DNA from: Lama glama
Taxonomy: Eukaryota
Direction: 5' to 3'
Assembly: GCA_028534125.1 (NCBI GenBank)
Contig: CM052817.1
Coordinates: 22,508,001 to 22,572,000, forward strand
DNA length: 64,000 bases
This document shows, one piece after another, positions 47,881 to 61,680 of this stretch. Numbering within the stretch: the first letter of the stretch is position 1; every line of letters begins with the position of its first letter. A model generated the notes under the pieces. It had not been told where the DNA came from, made no database searches, and saw only the letters and a program-made list of their open reading frames with translations. The translations under genes and the position numbers were made by a program.

Positions 47881-50800
47881 AATCTATTCGAAATGAGATG
47901 TATAGAGAAAAAATGTCTATACCAGTGAACATCACATTTTAATAGTATTTTTTCCCTATTTACAGACATTTTAGAACTCATGGGCAGTATAACCATTTGA
48001 CTAATTAGATCAGTTGGATAACTTCTATTTCAGAACCACAATAGCTGGGAGAGAAATGAAAGCGCACGTGCCAGTGGGATACTTCCTTTTAAAACAGAAA
48101 GTTTAAAAGGATAAGCATGATTTATACCCTCTTAATCTCCCTTCCCCAAAGAAAGCAATGATTAGATCATCGAGGACCACTTGTGCATGGGGGTTAGGGG
48201 AGAGACTCCAGGCAGTCTGAGTTTGCTGACTGCACCACCACGGAGCAGCAGGGATGCTCCCAGGCTGCTCGCAGGGGTAATTATCACCTCTGAGGGAGCA
48301 GTGGTTCCGGAAATGATGCTCATCATCAGATAAAAGGGGAGGGCCCCTCACAAGCCTTCTATTCCAAGCTCTAAAGTTCTTTTGTTTTCAGAAGAAGCAG
48401 TTATGAATTAAGGCCCACTGCTGTTCAAATAATTAGGATTTGTGGTGTTTAAGAATTACCTCCATTAGAGAAGTAAAATGGTATTAATAGTGTGGCTGCA
48501 AGCTGTGAAATATAGAAACATTACTTCCTAAGACAGCTGTTCAACTGCTGTTAAAATATGCAAACTTCCCCAGGAAAAAAAAAAATCTAGTCAATCAGTT
48601 CCTGGCTAGCAAACAACAATGAAGGAGAGAAATAATAGCCCCATAAAAAGAAGAGTTCTTTTGAGCTTTTGAAACAATTACAGCACAAACTAAATCACCA
48701 AGGGAACAGAAAATCATTTTGGGATCAAGGAATTAAAGAGCAGGAATTAAGTGATCAAGACACAAAGGTGAATTAACAGAATGATAAGGAAAATAGCAAT
48801 TCACAAGGGAAGTTCACATGAGAAGGAAAAACCTGATTTACTAGAGAAACAGCAAGTTTTAACATGATTCTTACAGGGATAAATATGTGGATAAGTGAAA
48901 ATAAATTTTGTTTATTCAACCATCAAAAACATTAATTGGGCTTCCCACATAAAGCACTGAGCTTCGTAAATAATGTGAAGATATTGGAATCCCTTAAATT
49001 GAGACTCATACTTTGGTCATTTACCTGTGATGATACCAAACTGAGGCAGTATTGGGGAAAAAATACTGAAGAATCTAACTACCTACTTTTACATTTCAAG
49101 ACACTCAAAAAATCAATACATTAATTTCTGAGGAAGACTTTCAATGACTACACTGTTTTGCCAATGGAAGCAGACTATCAGGTGTATTATTAGATTAAAA
49201 GATAATTTTCAATCTGTTAAATTTCAAATCACATATAAAAATGACCATGAAATAATCTGCTTTCTCTTGCAAAGGACTTCAGAGAAAGATACAGTAGAAC
49301 TTTAAGTTTCGTATTGGGAGTGACCTACAAATTCAAATTTATATAAATCCCGTGGAATAAAATTCCTGAAAATGGACTTTAAAAAAATATATGTGGACAG
49401 TAGAAAGAGGAAAAAGACCTAATGAGAGGCTGGTCTAGAGGGAGACTGAGGCGGCGGAATTGTAATAGGAAAGAAAACAGAAGCCTAAACACCTCAGCAA
49501 AGGCTAGAAAAATAAGGAAAAGAACACAATAAAACCTCAACAAATTGAGCAAAGGATGTGTAAGAACAGTCTACGCAGGTCACGTGTGCTCTGGAGAGAA
49601 CATGGAGAGCTGGTAGGTAGCGATGTATATTTTAAAGAGAGTCCAGGACCTGGTTGGCTTTTCAGACGATGCACTTGGTGGAGCAACACCAAGTATAGAA
49701 GCCATAATTTTACACCAAATAATGGCATAAAAGGTGAACTTAATGTCTGAGGACATGGATGGGCTGGCATCTTGACAATGCCAAACTGGAGCTGTATCCT
49801 TAGGCAAATTTAAGGTTCAGTTTCTGCCTCTGAACATGAGAATTCTGCAGCAGGTATCTTAAGAAATCGGTATGCTTGCAGGTGCACACTTTCATTTCCA
49901 TTACCATCTGAAAGTGACTTCTGGCACACAATGGAATAAAGTCTTCTCCCAAAACCTGGTCTAATTTATTAATATTTCTGACTTGATGTATCTATAAATA
50001 TAGTTAGTACGTAACTGGGTAAAATAAGCCAGACTGCACAAGTAAAAAATACTTTTAGAAAGAGTAACCTTTAGAGAATGTGAATAAAAATAACAGCTAA
50101 GATTGGATATCTGCAATGTTATTTGTAAAGAAAGGACTGTTTAGAAGCAAACATACTTCCCAAGTACCTAAAAAAAAGTAGAGTACATTCTCAGCAAGAT
50201 TTCACTGGTAGGTGACACAACAAATTAATGCTAAACTACACTTTGGTATTTAAATATTCCTAAAGTACTGTTCATTTATGTATTATACATAGCATTCAGG
50301 GGAAAAAAAAAAGCCAGACATTAGCATTTGCCATTATTGATTTTGTTTGTTGCAGTTCTGAGTCACACTGAATTTAACAGATTTTCTTATTTTAGTTCTT
50401 AGAAAGAAATACTCTTTTTAGATTTTGGCTACTTATACTTTCATTTCCATAGTTTTTGTAATATGTTACTCAAACACAATCTATTTCTATACCCTGATTT
50501 CTTTCATTTCATTCAATTATTTGTATTATTTACTATTTTGATCTTTTTAGAAATCTTAGTATCTCTGGGACAGAGGTGTCTTGGTTTACAGATACTAATA
50601 GTCTGGTCAAGAAAGATATCTCTGATTGGAAAAATGAAATAAACATCCTTGTATATATTTCAAACTTTTATATATTTGATTTTGAGATTTTACTGTCAGA
50701 GCCTTATCTGGACAAAAATTAAAAATGTAAATCATTTGTGGACCCACAGAACTGAAGATTGGACTCTAAATATAGTAACCTAACTAGAATGTTCATTTCT

Positions 50801-53217
50801 CAGATATCTGGTACTAAGTTTTGAGTCTTTTTTTAATTAAATGTGCATATTCAACATTTGTGCAGAGCTTCAATCTGACTGGTACTTACCACTTGGCTTG
50901 TACTGGGTACTACAGTCAATGTCTTTGCTAATTGAGCCAGAGTCTAATCTGATTGGCTGGGGCTTCTATCCTTTAAATTGCTGAAGATCATGGAGATTTC
51001 CCACTTAAAGATGTTAGATTGTAAATAAGATTTCTAAGGGCATGATTCATATTTTTTTCTTATATTTTTATATAACATGTAGTATATCCTCTATAAATAA
51101 TTACTTACAATATTTTACTGTTTTTTGAATGAGTGAATGCGTTTATTAAAATTATTTGTATGCTAAGTGTCTTAATGGTAGAAAATGATTCTAAGGCAAT
51201 CTTATTTTATATTTTAGATCCATGTGCAGAAGCATAAACTTACTTGAAAATGTTAGATGTAGTCTCAATTTATATTCTCTGCACCTTTTGGTCTATGTAT
51301 CAGGATATAGCAATCATAGGTTTGTTTTTGCTTTTGTTTTTCTGATGTTATGTACTTGGTCAAAGAGGTTAGATATGCCCACTCCTTCTCTATTCTTAAC
51401 ATCAAACACAGTGTATCATCGTATATGAGACACGTTTTCTCAGCCATGGCTTTCTGTCTGCTTTAGGAGGAAGTATTCCCTGCTTCTGGCCTTACAGCCT
51501 TTTGGAAGATTACTAAATTCCAGAAAACTACAAAAATCAGTTGTAGGTAGGAAAACAAGTTTTCTCAAATGCACACATTGATCAATTCACTTGAGAATGC
51601 CCATGTTGGTTCAAATATGTGTTACTGAATAATTCTATATACATTTTTGGTAGATGTTACCCTATCTATTTCTGAATGAAATCTCTCAAGGTCAAGGAGA
51701 GTTGTTCAAGAACTTGCAGAAGGCAAAGAGAAACAAGGGAGTGGTAGTACAATAAACAGATTTCTTCCCATAACATTATTTTTCAAAGGCCTCTGTTTAT
51801 ACAGAATCAACATGTCATCTACACTCACTGTATGTAAAAGCACAGTGTGTTTTTAACTAGAAGCATTGAACACAAATATATCGTTTTCTTGAAAATCCAA
51901 CACGGAAACTCTGATGATATTTAGGACTTTTCAAGCCCTTTGTTGTTCTTTGTATTTCACATTAAGAAATATTTATAATTATATAGAGTATTTTCCTTTG
52001 AAATCTTATAATCTAACTGCTTTTCCTTCTTACTGTTGCTTTTATTCACAGTCTTGCACACAACAGCAAAATTACTTTCATCTAAATGGAAATTCAAAAT
52101 CAAAACTGCAGTTTTCAATCTATTTAAAGACTTCTGATTTTCTATTACTATTTAAAAGGTCAAATTAACTTTAAACTTGCGTTTAATAATATACCTATAG
52201 TGCTGATATCTGACATTATAAAATTGCAGAAAAAATAAGACTTAAGTAATTAAATAAGTGGAAAGGTCAATAAAATATTAATAAAACAAACTAAAACTTC
52301 AAAGTTTAAAAAATAACTCAATTAGAAAATGATACACTTTATGAAAAATTCTTTAAATCTGTTAACTGAAATACCGGATTGATCTAGTTACTTGCTTTAA
52401 CTGCTTACTGAATCCCTCTATAACAAATACGAGAAAGAACATTTTAATTTAAAATATATCCCTAAAATTTTAAACTCCTCAAATAATGGAATATTTTTAT
52501 AACCTCTGTTTCACCATTCAAACAGAAAATTTCAGAATCTTTATGTAAAATAAAAATAAAATATTAGTGATTTATTAAACATTAACTGTATTACTTGGTT
52601 ACAAATTAGTATTTCCATTAATTTATCTTCCCTAATTTGTCTAAGTTTTGCAGTTAATATTGTAATGTATGTCACAAAGACTTTGTAACTTGTTCACTTT
52701 CTACTCTACACATCCTAATATTTGTGAACATTTTCTATACTTTTTTGCTGTGTACAAACTAGTCAGTTATTTCAAAGCTCATATTTTTCCTACTACAAAG
52801 ACATCCAACTGCATTCAGCAAACAGAATCATCATTGTTTTTTAGCCTCTACTTCTGGAGCTGGAAGCTCCTTTGTTCAAGTGACCACAGGTTCCAGCATC
52901 ACCAAATATTTTAAATGTCACTCTAAAATGGTAATTGTTTTTTCCAGCCTATGATTACAACTTCTTCTCTGGTCACCAACTAGCCACTTTGTCAATGTCT
53001 CATATTTTAGATCACACAGTTAGTTATTTTACTGAGGAATAACTTTTGCAAAGACTCTGTGAGAGGGAAGGAATATGCTACATATATCTCCATTACATGG
53101 AGAAAAAGAAATCAAGTGTGGCTATGAGGCAAAAAGAGGGTGTCAAAATGGATATTGTGTTAAGGGTTTTCATCTTTGTCTCTAGAGTAAAATAAAGCTA
53201 TTGAAGGACTATAATAG

Positions 53218-53824
53218 TGAAAAAAAAAAAGAATACGACACTTACGAATAAATTTAAACAAAGAGACAAAAGACTTGTACACTGAAAATAACAAAACTTT
53301 GCTGGAAGAAATTAAAGAAGACACAAGTAAATGGAAAGACATCCATATTCATGAATTGGAAGACAATATTGGTAAGATGGCAATACTATCCAAAGCGATC
53401 GACAAATTCAATACAATCCCTATCACAAATCCAACAACATTTTTTCTGCAGAAATAGAAAAATCCATTCCAAAATTTACATGGAAGCTAAGGGCGGCTGA
53501 ATAGCCAAAATAATACTGAAAAAGGAGAACGAAGTTTGATGTCTCATTCTTCCCGATTTCAAAATTTAATACAAAGGCATAGTGATCTAGTGTTGTACTG
53601 GCATTAAGCCAGACATATAGGCCAACAGAGTAGAACAGAGAGCCCAGAAATAAACCACTGCAATTGGCCAAATGATTTTCAGCAAGGTGTGAAGGCCATT
53701 CAAAGGACAAGGGGTAGTCTGTTCAACAAATGGTGCTGGGAAAACTGGATAGCCACATGCAAAAAATTAAGTTTTTTAAATGGTAAATTTTATGTTATAT
53801 ATATTTAACCATAATTTTAAAAAA
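53218..53824 (+). mobile_element. LINE-1 (L1MB-like) ORF2 fragment joined to its 3' terminus
   Basis: ORF2p peptide LYTENNKTLLEEIKEDTSKWKDI...KMAILSKAIDKFNTIPI and 'ttcaacaaatggtgctgggaaaactggata', then 'ttaaatggtaaattttatgttatatatatttaaccataattttaaaaaa' (L1MB terminus). Confidence 0.88.
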
Positions 53825-53924
53825 TGGGAACAACCTATCTTATCTTCCTTACTTCTAAGTAATTATTCATAACTCAAATTTTTCAGAAAGAATGCTCTGA
53901 AAAACCCTTAAGTTAATTTTTAAA

Positions 53925-54106
53925 TCACTTTTTAAAAGTATAATTGATGTGCAAAAAGCTGTACTTATTTAATATATACAACATGATGAGTTTGTATATA
54001 AAGTATACCTCTATAAAACTATCATCACAGTCTATGTAATAAACATATTCATCACCCCCAAAATTTTCTTCCTGCCCTCATTACTTGTCATTATTATTAG
54101 TGTGTA

Positions 54107-54141
<35 letters not shown>

Positions 54142-54380
54142 AAGAGAGCGAGAGGGAGAAAGGCATTTAATATAAGATCCAATTTCTTAGCAAGTTTTTA
54201 AGTACAATAATGTGGTGTTATTAACTATAAACACTATGCTGTACATTTGTAGATATCAAGGACCTATTTATCTTGCATGACTGAAACTTTGTACCTTTTG
54301 ATTAGTACCTTCTTGTTTCTCCATCCCCCACCCTTGGCAACCACCATTTCACTCACTGCTTCTATGAGTTTGACCATTTC
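53925..54380 (-). mobile_element. LINE-1 3' UTR (L1MA9/10-L1MB1-like)
   Basis: 'aagtataattgatgtgcaaaaagctgtacttatttaatatatacaacatgatgagttt...tatcttgcatgactgaaactttgtaccttttg...ccttggcaaccaccatt...gcttctatgagtttgac'. Confidence 0.85.
54101..54159 (+). repeat. compound (TG)n(AG)n microsatellite
   Basis: Directly visible, inside the L1 3' UTR. Confidence 0.95.
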
Positions 54381-55473
54381 CATTTCTCTCGCCACACTCA
54401 GAATTTATGTCAAAATATATGTACAATTGAGTTATTTTCATTTATTTTGTAGTCATGGTTTTTATTAGTGATTTTATAAGTTCCACCTTTCCAAAATGAT
54501 TCTTAAAATACTCAGGCAAAAAGATGCATGTGCATATGTATATGTGGACCCCCCATGAGTACGCATGCATATACACACAGTAATGTTTAAGAAATTCAAG
54601 TCAGAAAGAGTGGTTTTGATTGACTGATTAATTCATTTTTATATATAGCTACTGTATATTTTTGATAAATAATAGCATATCCCTTTTATAGAATCCTCGA
54701 TTATTTAATGCAAATCTGGAAAAAAATGTTTTTCAGCATCTGAAGCCAAACGCATGCTTTTCATAACAAAGGAGGAGTGAACTTGCCCTCAGACCAAATG
54801 GCATTGAAATATAACATATTTTAAGAATCAAGGTCACTGCTATCACTTGCTGGTTATTTAGTTTCTCCATTCAGCCCCATAAAATGTCAGTTTATGAAAT
54901 GGAGTTGCTAAAAATGGACAATGAGAATCTAACAACCAGAAAGCAAGGTTTAGGGCTGTTGAGTGTAGTTCATTAGGGAGAGCAACTCTGAATATTTTCA
55001 AAGGCAATTATTTATATTTGGAGAAGATTAAATTTTATTCATCCATCATGATGATACAGCAGAAAATTTGTATTTAATTTTAGAAACGTTATTTAAGAAA
55101 TTGCATATTTTAAAAAGATTATGATTTAAAAATTTAAGCTTCCCTACTTACAAAATTGTACTTATCCCAGAAATAATCATGCATATATGATGCCAGGTAT
55201 GCCATATGTTTTCCTATTTCACTCTGCATGTTTTAGTTTAATCCTTTGGGTGCAAATTCAAAGTTAAACATATAAACAAGTGAAAAAAATTAACTTCAGT
55301 TAGGCAAGAAAAATCTATGAAACTTTTTAACAGAATTATGTTGGGGTATAATAAACAGTTGAAGGTCATCTGTAAATAAGACCTAACTCCTCATCTGATT
55401 CTTGCACATCTTTGATATAAGCACATTACACAAAAATCAATTAAACAAACAAGAAAAAATATTGTTGAAGTTA

Positions 55474-55940
55474 GGCATTAGACTTCTATTGATGCTCTAA
55501 CAAATTAACACAAACTTAATAGTTTAAAGCAACACAAATCAATTATCATCTTACAATTCTATGAGTTGGAAGTCTGACCTCTGGGTTACAATAATTGTGT
55601 CAGTAGGGCTGAATTCCTTCCTGGAGGCTCTGTGAGATGCATTTCACTACCTTTTCCAGGTTCTATAGGCTGCCACATTCCTTGGCTAGTGGCCTCCTTC
55701 CTCTGTCATTGAAACCAGCTGTGTTGAATAGCTCTGTGCATTTATTCAGGTAAGGTCTTGTCTTCCGGAGTCATCTGATAAGGTTGGGCCCACCTGGATA
55801 ATCCAGGATAATTTCCCCATCTCAAGGTCCTTACTCAGCACACACTTGCAAAGTTCCTTTTGCCATGTAAGGAAAAACATTCCCAGGTTCCACAAATTAA
55901 AATGTGGGCATTTTAGGGATCTATTATTTTGGCTACCTCA
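55474..55940 (-). mobile_element. MLT1D-like MaLR solo LTR
   Basis: 'ttctattgatgctctaacaaattaacacaaacttaatagtttaaagcaacacaaat' ... 'ttgggcccacctggataatccaggataatttccccatctcaaggtcctta' ... 'ttccttttgccatgtaagg'. Confidence 0.9.
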
Positions 55941-57089
55941 ACTTCTTTTCTAAATTCTGTTTTTATGAGAGAAAAAAAAAGATGGATAGTTTGAGAATGG
56001 TAATTTTGTTCTGATTATGTATATTATATATATAATACAATGCTAGTAGTTTCCCCTTCCATTTTCTAATTCAGTTATTTTGAAGTAAGCAATGGCAAGT
56101 GGAGAGTGTATACTCCCACACGTGTTACTATGCTGAAACAAACATATAAAAGGGGCATAAAACCACCTCATGCAAAAGAGGATTCTATGATACAGCTATA
56201 TCAGTGCTTGGTATTCTGTTTTCTTGTTTTTTACTCTGCTTTATACTACTTTACACTTTAGTTTGCATTCTGTATTACATTCCCCCCTCCCCCAATTTGT
56301 CTATATATGATGAAACAATCACTGGGATATTATATTGATATAAATCAATCATATCATAAAACATCTCTGATAGAAATTGAATTTGTTCTAGATATTATCA
56401 AAAATATCACAAATAGCAATAAACATTGCTGTATACATGCTGGTAGGTACTGATGGCATGATCTCTAAAAGTAACATTTCTAAAGCAAAGTCCATGTATA
56501 TTGTGGTTAATATAATTACGCTAAGTAAGGTAGTTGAATACCTGACCTAGCCCCATCCTGCTTCTCTTCTTTTTTCGTCAAAGGCTTGAAGGCTCAAGAG
56601 CTACATTGCCTAGGCTCGTCCGCACCTAGGATTCCTGATGAAACTATTTCATGCGTTTCAATTTTATTATTGATTTGGCCTTCCTATATTTGACAGATGT
56701 CTTTTGCAATATTTTCTATTTCTTTAAAAGCGGTAAATTATTCCTTTTTAAGTCTTTTCTATATAATGAAAACAATTAAAATTATCAATTTTCATTCTTT
56801 AAAATTTCAGCTGTGTCCAGAGAACATAAATTTTATTTTTATCAGACTATTGTCAGAAAACAAAATCTGACTTAAACTATAACATGAAACTATTCCAAGA
56901 AAGAAAGGATTTTTGTGAGGTTTTTTTTGTAACACACTCCTCTATATTTTGTATCTATTTCTTATTTTTATTAAATGTACTTAGAAATTTATATATGTGA
57001 ACACATTCCCAAAGATTCAAACCAAAAAATTACATCTGATTATTTCTTTATTGCTTATTTACTTATTAAGCAATAACTTTATCAAGTCA

Positions 57090-57297
57090 ACATATTGTCA
57101 CCATATCTACCTCTCAACCAGTAATCATATACACACTCTACCCTACTGCTTATATTGTTTATTGTTTTCTCTCCCTGAATGGAACAAATGGTCCATTGGA
57201 GCAGAGGGTTTTGATTACAGATATGGCTTAAACATATAGATATGTGCCTGGCACTTGGCTGTGGCTCAGTACCATTTGCTGAATGCATGGACTGATG
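57090..57297 (+). mobile_element. L2 3' end
   Basis: 'ttgtttattgttttctctccc...gtgcctggcacttggctgtggctcagtaccatttgctgaatgcatg' is the L2 3' terminus. Confidence 0.7.
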
Positions 57298-57945
57298 GAG
57301 CGCCTACTGTATATCAGGCACTGTTCTAGGTTCTTGAGCTGCATCTGTGAAGAAAACAAAGATTCTTGTGGGACTTACAGTTTGTGGGGTGAAGAAAACC
57401 ATACAGCCAATGAACAATAGTCATAAAATTAATGAAGTTATATAGAATAGTAAAAGATGATAACTACTAGGGAAAAGAAAGAGCATGAGAAGGACAAAAG
57501 AAAGCTGGAGTAACTGGCTAGGAAAAGGGGTTGCAGAAATAGTAGTTTTTTTGTTGTTTGCTTGTTTGCTTTTATAGTGGTCATGGTAGGATTTATTAAG
57601 AAGGAAATGATTAAGCAAAGTCTTAGAGGTAAATGAGTGAACCATGAGGATAGAAGAGGAAGAAAAATTTCACACTGAACATACAGACACTTTGGGGAAA
57701 GGAGAATTCCCTGAACAGCGAAGGGTAAAACAGGGATGGACAGGTGATGAAGAGACCAGAGTGGGGAGGAGAGGGTACAACTGATGTGGGCTCAGAGACC
57801 AGAGAATGAACCTTGTTTTATTTTGAGTGAAATGGAAAGATTTGGGGAATTTTGAGCGGAAAAGTGTTACATAGTTTACATTTGAAAGAGATCCTTCTGA
57901 TTGGTGTGTTGAAAGTAAATAGTATGATGGTGAATTTAAAAGCCA
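57298..57945 (-). mobile_element. L2a 3' region
   Basis: 'gagcgcctactgtatatcaggcactgttctaggttcttgag...gtgaagaaaacaaag' and 'tgagtgaaatggaaaga...ttttgagcggaaaagtg...aggatccttctgattggtgtgttga'. Confidence 0.8.
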
Positions 57946-60900
57946 AGAGTGCTTAACATTTTACTAAGACCAATCAACTGGGACATTCAGGCATCACTGA
58001 GCAATAACAATATGTCACTTAATATCGAGCCTTTGAGAGTATAAATTTTAGAGACTGCCTACATAAACTGTTTCTTATGTATCAGGAAAGCAGAATTAAA
58101 CTGTCTTTATAAAATAAGAAGTACATATTTTAAAGTAAATACCAGCATACGTACATACTTTCATTTGTGGTTTATTTAATCTGTAATAAATGTGGCCCTT
58201 TTTCTTTTCTGTTTCTCGGTGGTAGATGTCCAGTGTCTTTTGCATCTAGTATTCAGGCAAATTTATTAATATGCCTTTTTCTCAGGTCCTCTAGAAAGTT
58301 GCTCAGAATCTATCCAGAATATATCCTGTACACCTAACAGAAGTCATTAGAAGCTCATGGTCAGTGAGGAATAATTGTTCAGTTTTTAAATGGGGTGCCC
58401 CTAAATTGAGCACAATGCTTTCTCACAAGAGCCGAGGAAAATAAGACAATTTCCTCTTATGAATAGAAATGAATATAGATTCAATTTGTTTATTAAATAT
58501 CCACAATATGAAAGTATCAATTGAGTACACATAACCTGAACAAAAAATGGTCCATCAAACATATTGTTTTTATAGAACACATTTTATAAAGATATGTTGA
58601 TGGTTTTGACTCACATTTTTGATGCCTGAAATGCTTTTTCAATAAAGGTTGTTCAAATATATTCATGATACCCTGCAATAATTGTAATAGCATTTAGCAA
58701 TTTTACTGGTCTCTCACCACTCCCACCTCAGGGAAGGGGTAGCAGGCTGCAGTCCAGTGATGTATATAAAGACAAATCTAGGATGAGTTGTCTCCTTGAC
58801 CCTTTCCAATGAAGTACAGTAATAATAATTACTTTGATCTTAATATTAATGTTCTTTTCAGCCTACATAACTCACAGAAATGCAGTGTAAAAATTTCTAA
58901 AACACTATGGGCAAATCTCTTTTCTTGGCCCCTATAAACTGCAAAAGCTGAGCCATTAAATATTATTGCCAAAGTCACCTCTTCATACAAAATATGAATG
59001 AAATAAAAGACAAATTTGTTTTCATAGCATCAGTGTATCTTTGGTATTTCTCTAAGTTTATTGATGGCATCACTAATGAAACAGTGTTAAAGAATAAGAC
59101 ACTCGAGTCTCTCATATTTTTGAATGAGAAAAAAATGCAGGTCCCAGAGATCACAGAAAACCAAAATGGTCTAAATGCACACAAATCGCTGCACAAACCA
59201 TGTTTGTGATCCCTGTTCTCATGCATAACCTGTGCCCATAAATTTCCAATCCTTTACTGGTATGCACAACTCAATATTTGACAAGTGAGTCTCTTCTATG
59301 ACAGTTAATCTCCTTACTCATTTATTTTTCCCAGAATTTGAACATATTATTGAAGTTTTAAGTGCTAAGTTCTTGAAATGACTTCTTTTATTTCAACATA
59401 TTTCTAAAAGGATTTTGGCAAGCATGCTAGCTTTAGTTGATGTCTAAAACATAGCATAATGGTCTTGCTGACTTGGAAAATATTTCCTTAGGTACACTTT
59501 AGAAAATCATTTTACTGTTAATCTAATTGGCAAAGGAGTATGGTAAAATTTTACATTTATAATGAGATAGGGTAACTGTAAACAATTTTAAGAATAAATA
59601 CTGTTGTAGTGGTCCAATGTTTGGCACACCCACTCTAGTGCCTTGAATAGTATGTCTAATAAGCAGATTTATCTGGAAGCACCAATACTCTCTCTCTGCA
59701 CCTGCCTTTATACAGAATACACACACACATGCAGTAACAAAGTATTTTGTTTTTAAAAATTTCAGTTGAACCAGGAAAGAAAGAAAGAAGATAACTCATT
59801 TTTCCCAAATTATGTGTGTATCTAGGTGTAAAACAAGGATAAGTATTTACTTTAATTTATGTATGAAAATAGTCATATAAAAATGATTTTCAGTAGTTAT
59901 GAATTCCTTGCCTGTAAATCACATACATGAAATCCTGTCATTGAATAAAGAGGGTTGAACAGATAGATTAGATAAGACAGAGAATTTCAACCCCTGCACT
60001 GTGACAACAATCAAGATCCTTCTCTTGGTTATTGGACATCAGTGATACATGAGATTTATGCCACAATTTAACTGATTTAAGTTTAATATTACTTATACAT
60101 CTTTTAAAAATTAGTGACAGCTTGCTGAGCATTCCTCCTTGGTGCTGATGCAATAGTTCTACAGATAATTGAAAAAATGATTTTAGTAGAATTAATCATA
60201 TACTGCTGCATTCAGAAAGAAATATTAAGAAGTACATTTAACTCAATGATCAACAGCATGAATTGTATTAAGGTATTTAAAAGAACATGATAAGAGGAAA
60301 ACAAATAGCATTTCTTAGTATTTAAAAATTTGAACTGCATATTTAAAGAGATTCTTATATCTGTATATTTCATGAAACTTCTTGTTTCTGTGTTGAAATA
60401 CTGCTCTTTATTACACAGAATCCACAGGATATTGTGTTTTCCTAGGCTATACTGATTTAGGAGACCTGGGGAGGGGGTTATATACAGAGGCCATAAGTTT
60501 AGATCATTTGATTTGTTTAAAATTTAATAATTATATATTATGGTGTTTAAAATAATATATAATATAATATGTATTAAAGTAATCATAATTTAATAATTAT
60601 TTATATCTATTTTTGTCACAAGAACGATATTCTGGGCATAAATACTAGTACCTATGAAGACAGAACTTTTTTTTTTGGTGCAGAAAAGGATGTGTTATTA
60701 AAATCTTAGTTTAAACCTCAGCAAAGTTTTTTTTGTAATCACTTTATTTCTTTTCTTTTCATCCTAAATTTTTTCTTAAGAATCAGACAGAATGGTTTTC
60801 ATCTATTCATCCTAAAACTTTACATTTTGTTTGCCACCCATTTTCTCTTCAGGTTTATTGCATCATCATTTGTAAAATTAATTATGTCCTTCCTATCATT

Positions 60901-61459
60901 AAAAATGATAAAATGATACAAATATATATGAATATTTATATGTATATGTATGTTGATATATCATACATCCCTCTACACCATAACCACACATTAAGTAACT
61001 AGGTCAGTATTTTTAGATAACTTATGATGAAAATTCCTTTCATCCAAGGCTGTTTTTTAAAAATTTTATCATAACTGATATTAAAAAAAAGGTCGGCATA
61101 ACATATGGTGAGCATAGCTAATATTTTTACATAGAATACATTTAATTATTTTAAATAGATGATATAGGCACTATGTTTATAAACATTTGAGACAACTAGT
61201 GAGACATTCAACTAATTCCTTCAATATCTGTCTGCTCATAGAAGTTGCTACATTTGTTGATTGAGATTTTGACTTTGAGAAATAGAGTAACTAACAGCTG
61301 AAGGAAAAGTATATAGTCTTGGCGCTTAGTGATCATAATGATACCTCAATGACTGCTTCTGCTTTGCTCACTCTTTTAAGTCAGGGTGGAGTTCAATATT
61401 TTCTAGACCAACTAAGAAAAGTGAATGATAATTATTTGTATATAAGATCCTACCATGAA

Positions 61460-61680
61460 AAAAAAGCAAATTTATTAGAGTTTACTATGCTACAAGAGCT
61501 TTATAGAATTTACTCTCTCCTCTTACTCGTAACATTTGCACTGTGAGACATACATTATTAGAAATTTGGAAAAGAGAAATCTGAGATTTGATGAAGATCT
61601 GTAACTTGTTCATGATCTCACAGGAAAAGAAAAAAATGGAATATAAGCTAAAAATTGACTCCTAGCTTTCTTTACTCTAC
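61460..61680 (-). mobile_element. MIR fragment
   Basis: 'ctgtgagacatacattatt...aagagaaatctgagatttgatgaagatctgtaacttgttcatgatctcacag'. Confidence 0.5.

Noticed and set aside
49673..49694. Perfect 8-bp hairpin acttggtg-gagcaa-caccaagt (similar short inverted repeats near 8630, 18064 and 34837)
   Set aside because: Short inverted repeats like these are plausible by chance in 64 kb of AT-rich DNA and have no supporting context.
58286..58359. Plus-strand exon candidate (ttttctcag|...|gtcagt)
   Set aside because: Weak donor and stop codons in all three frames.
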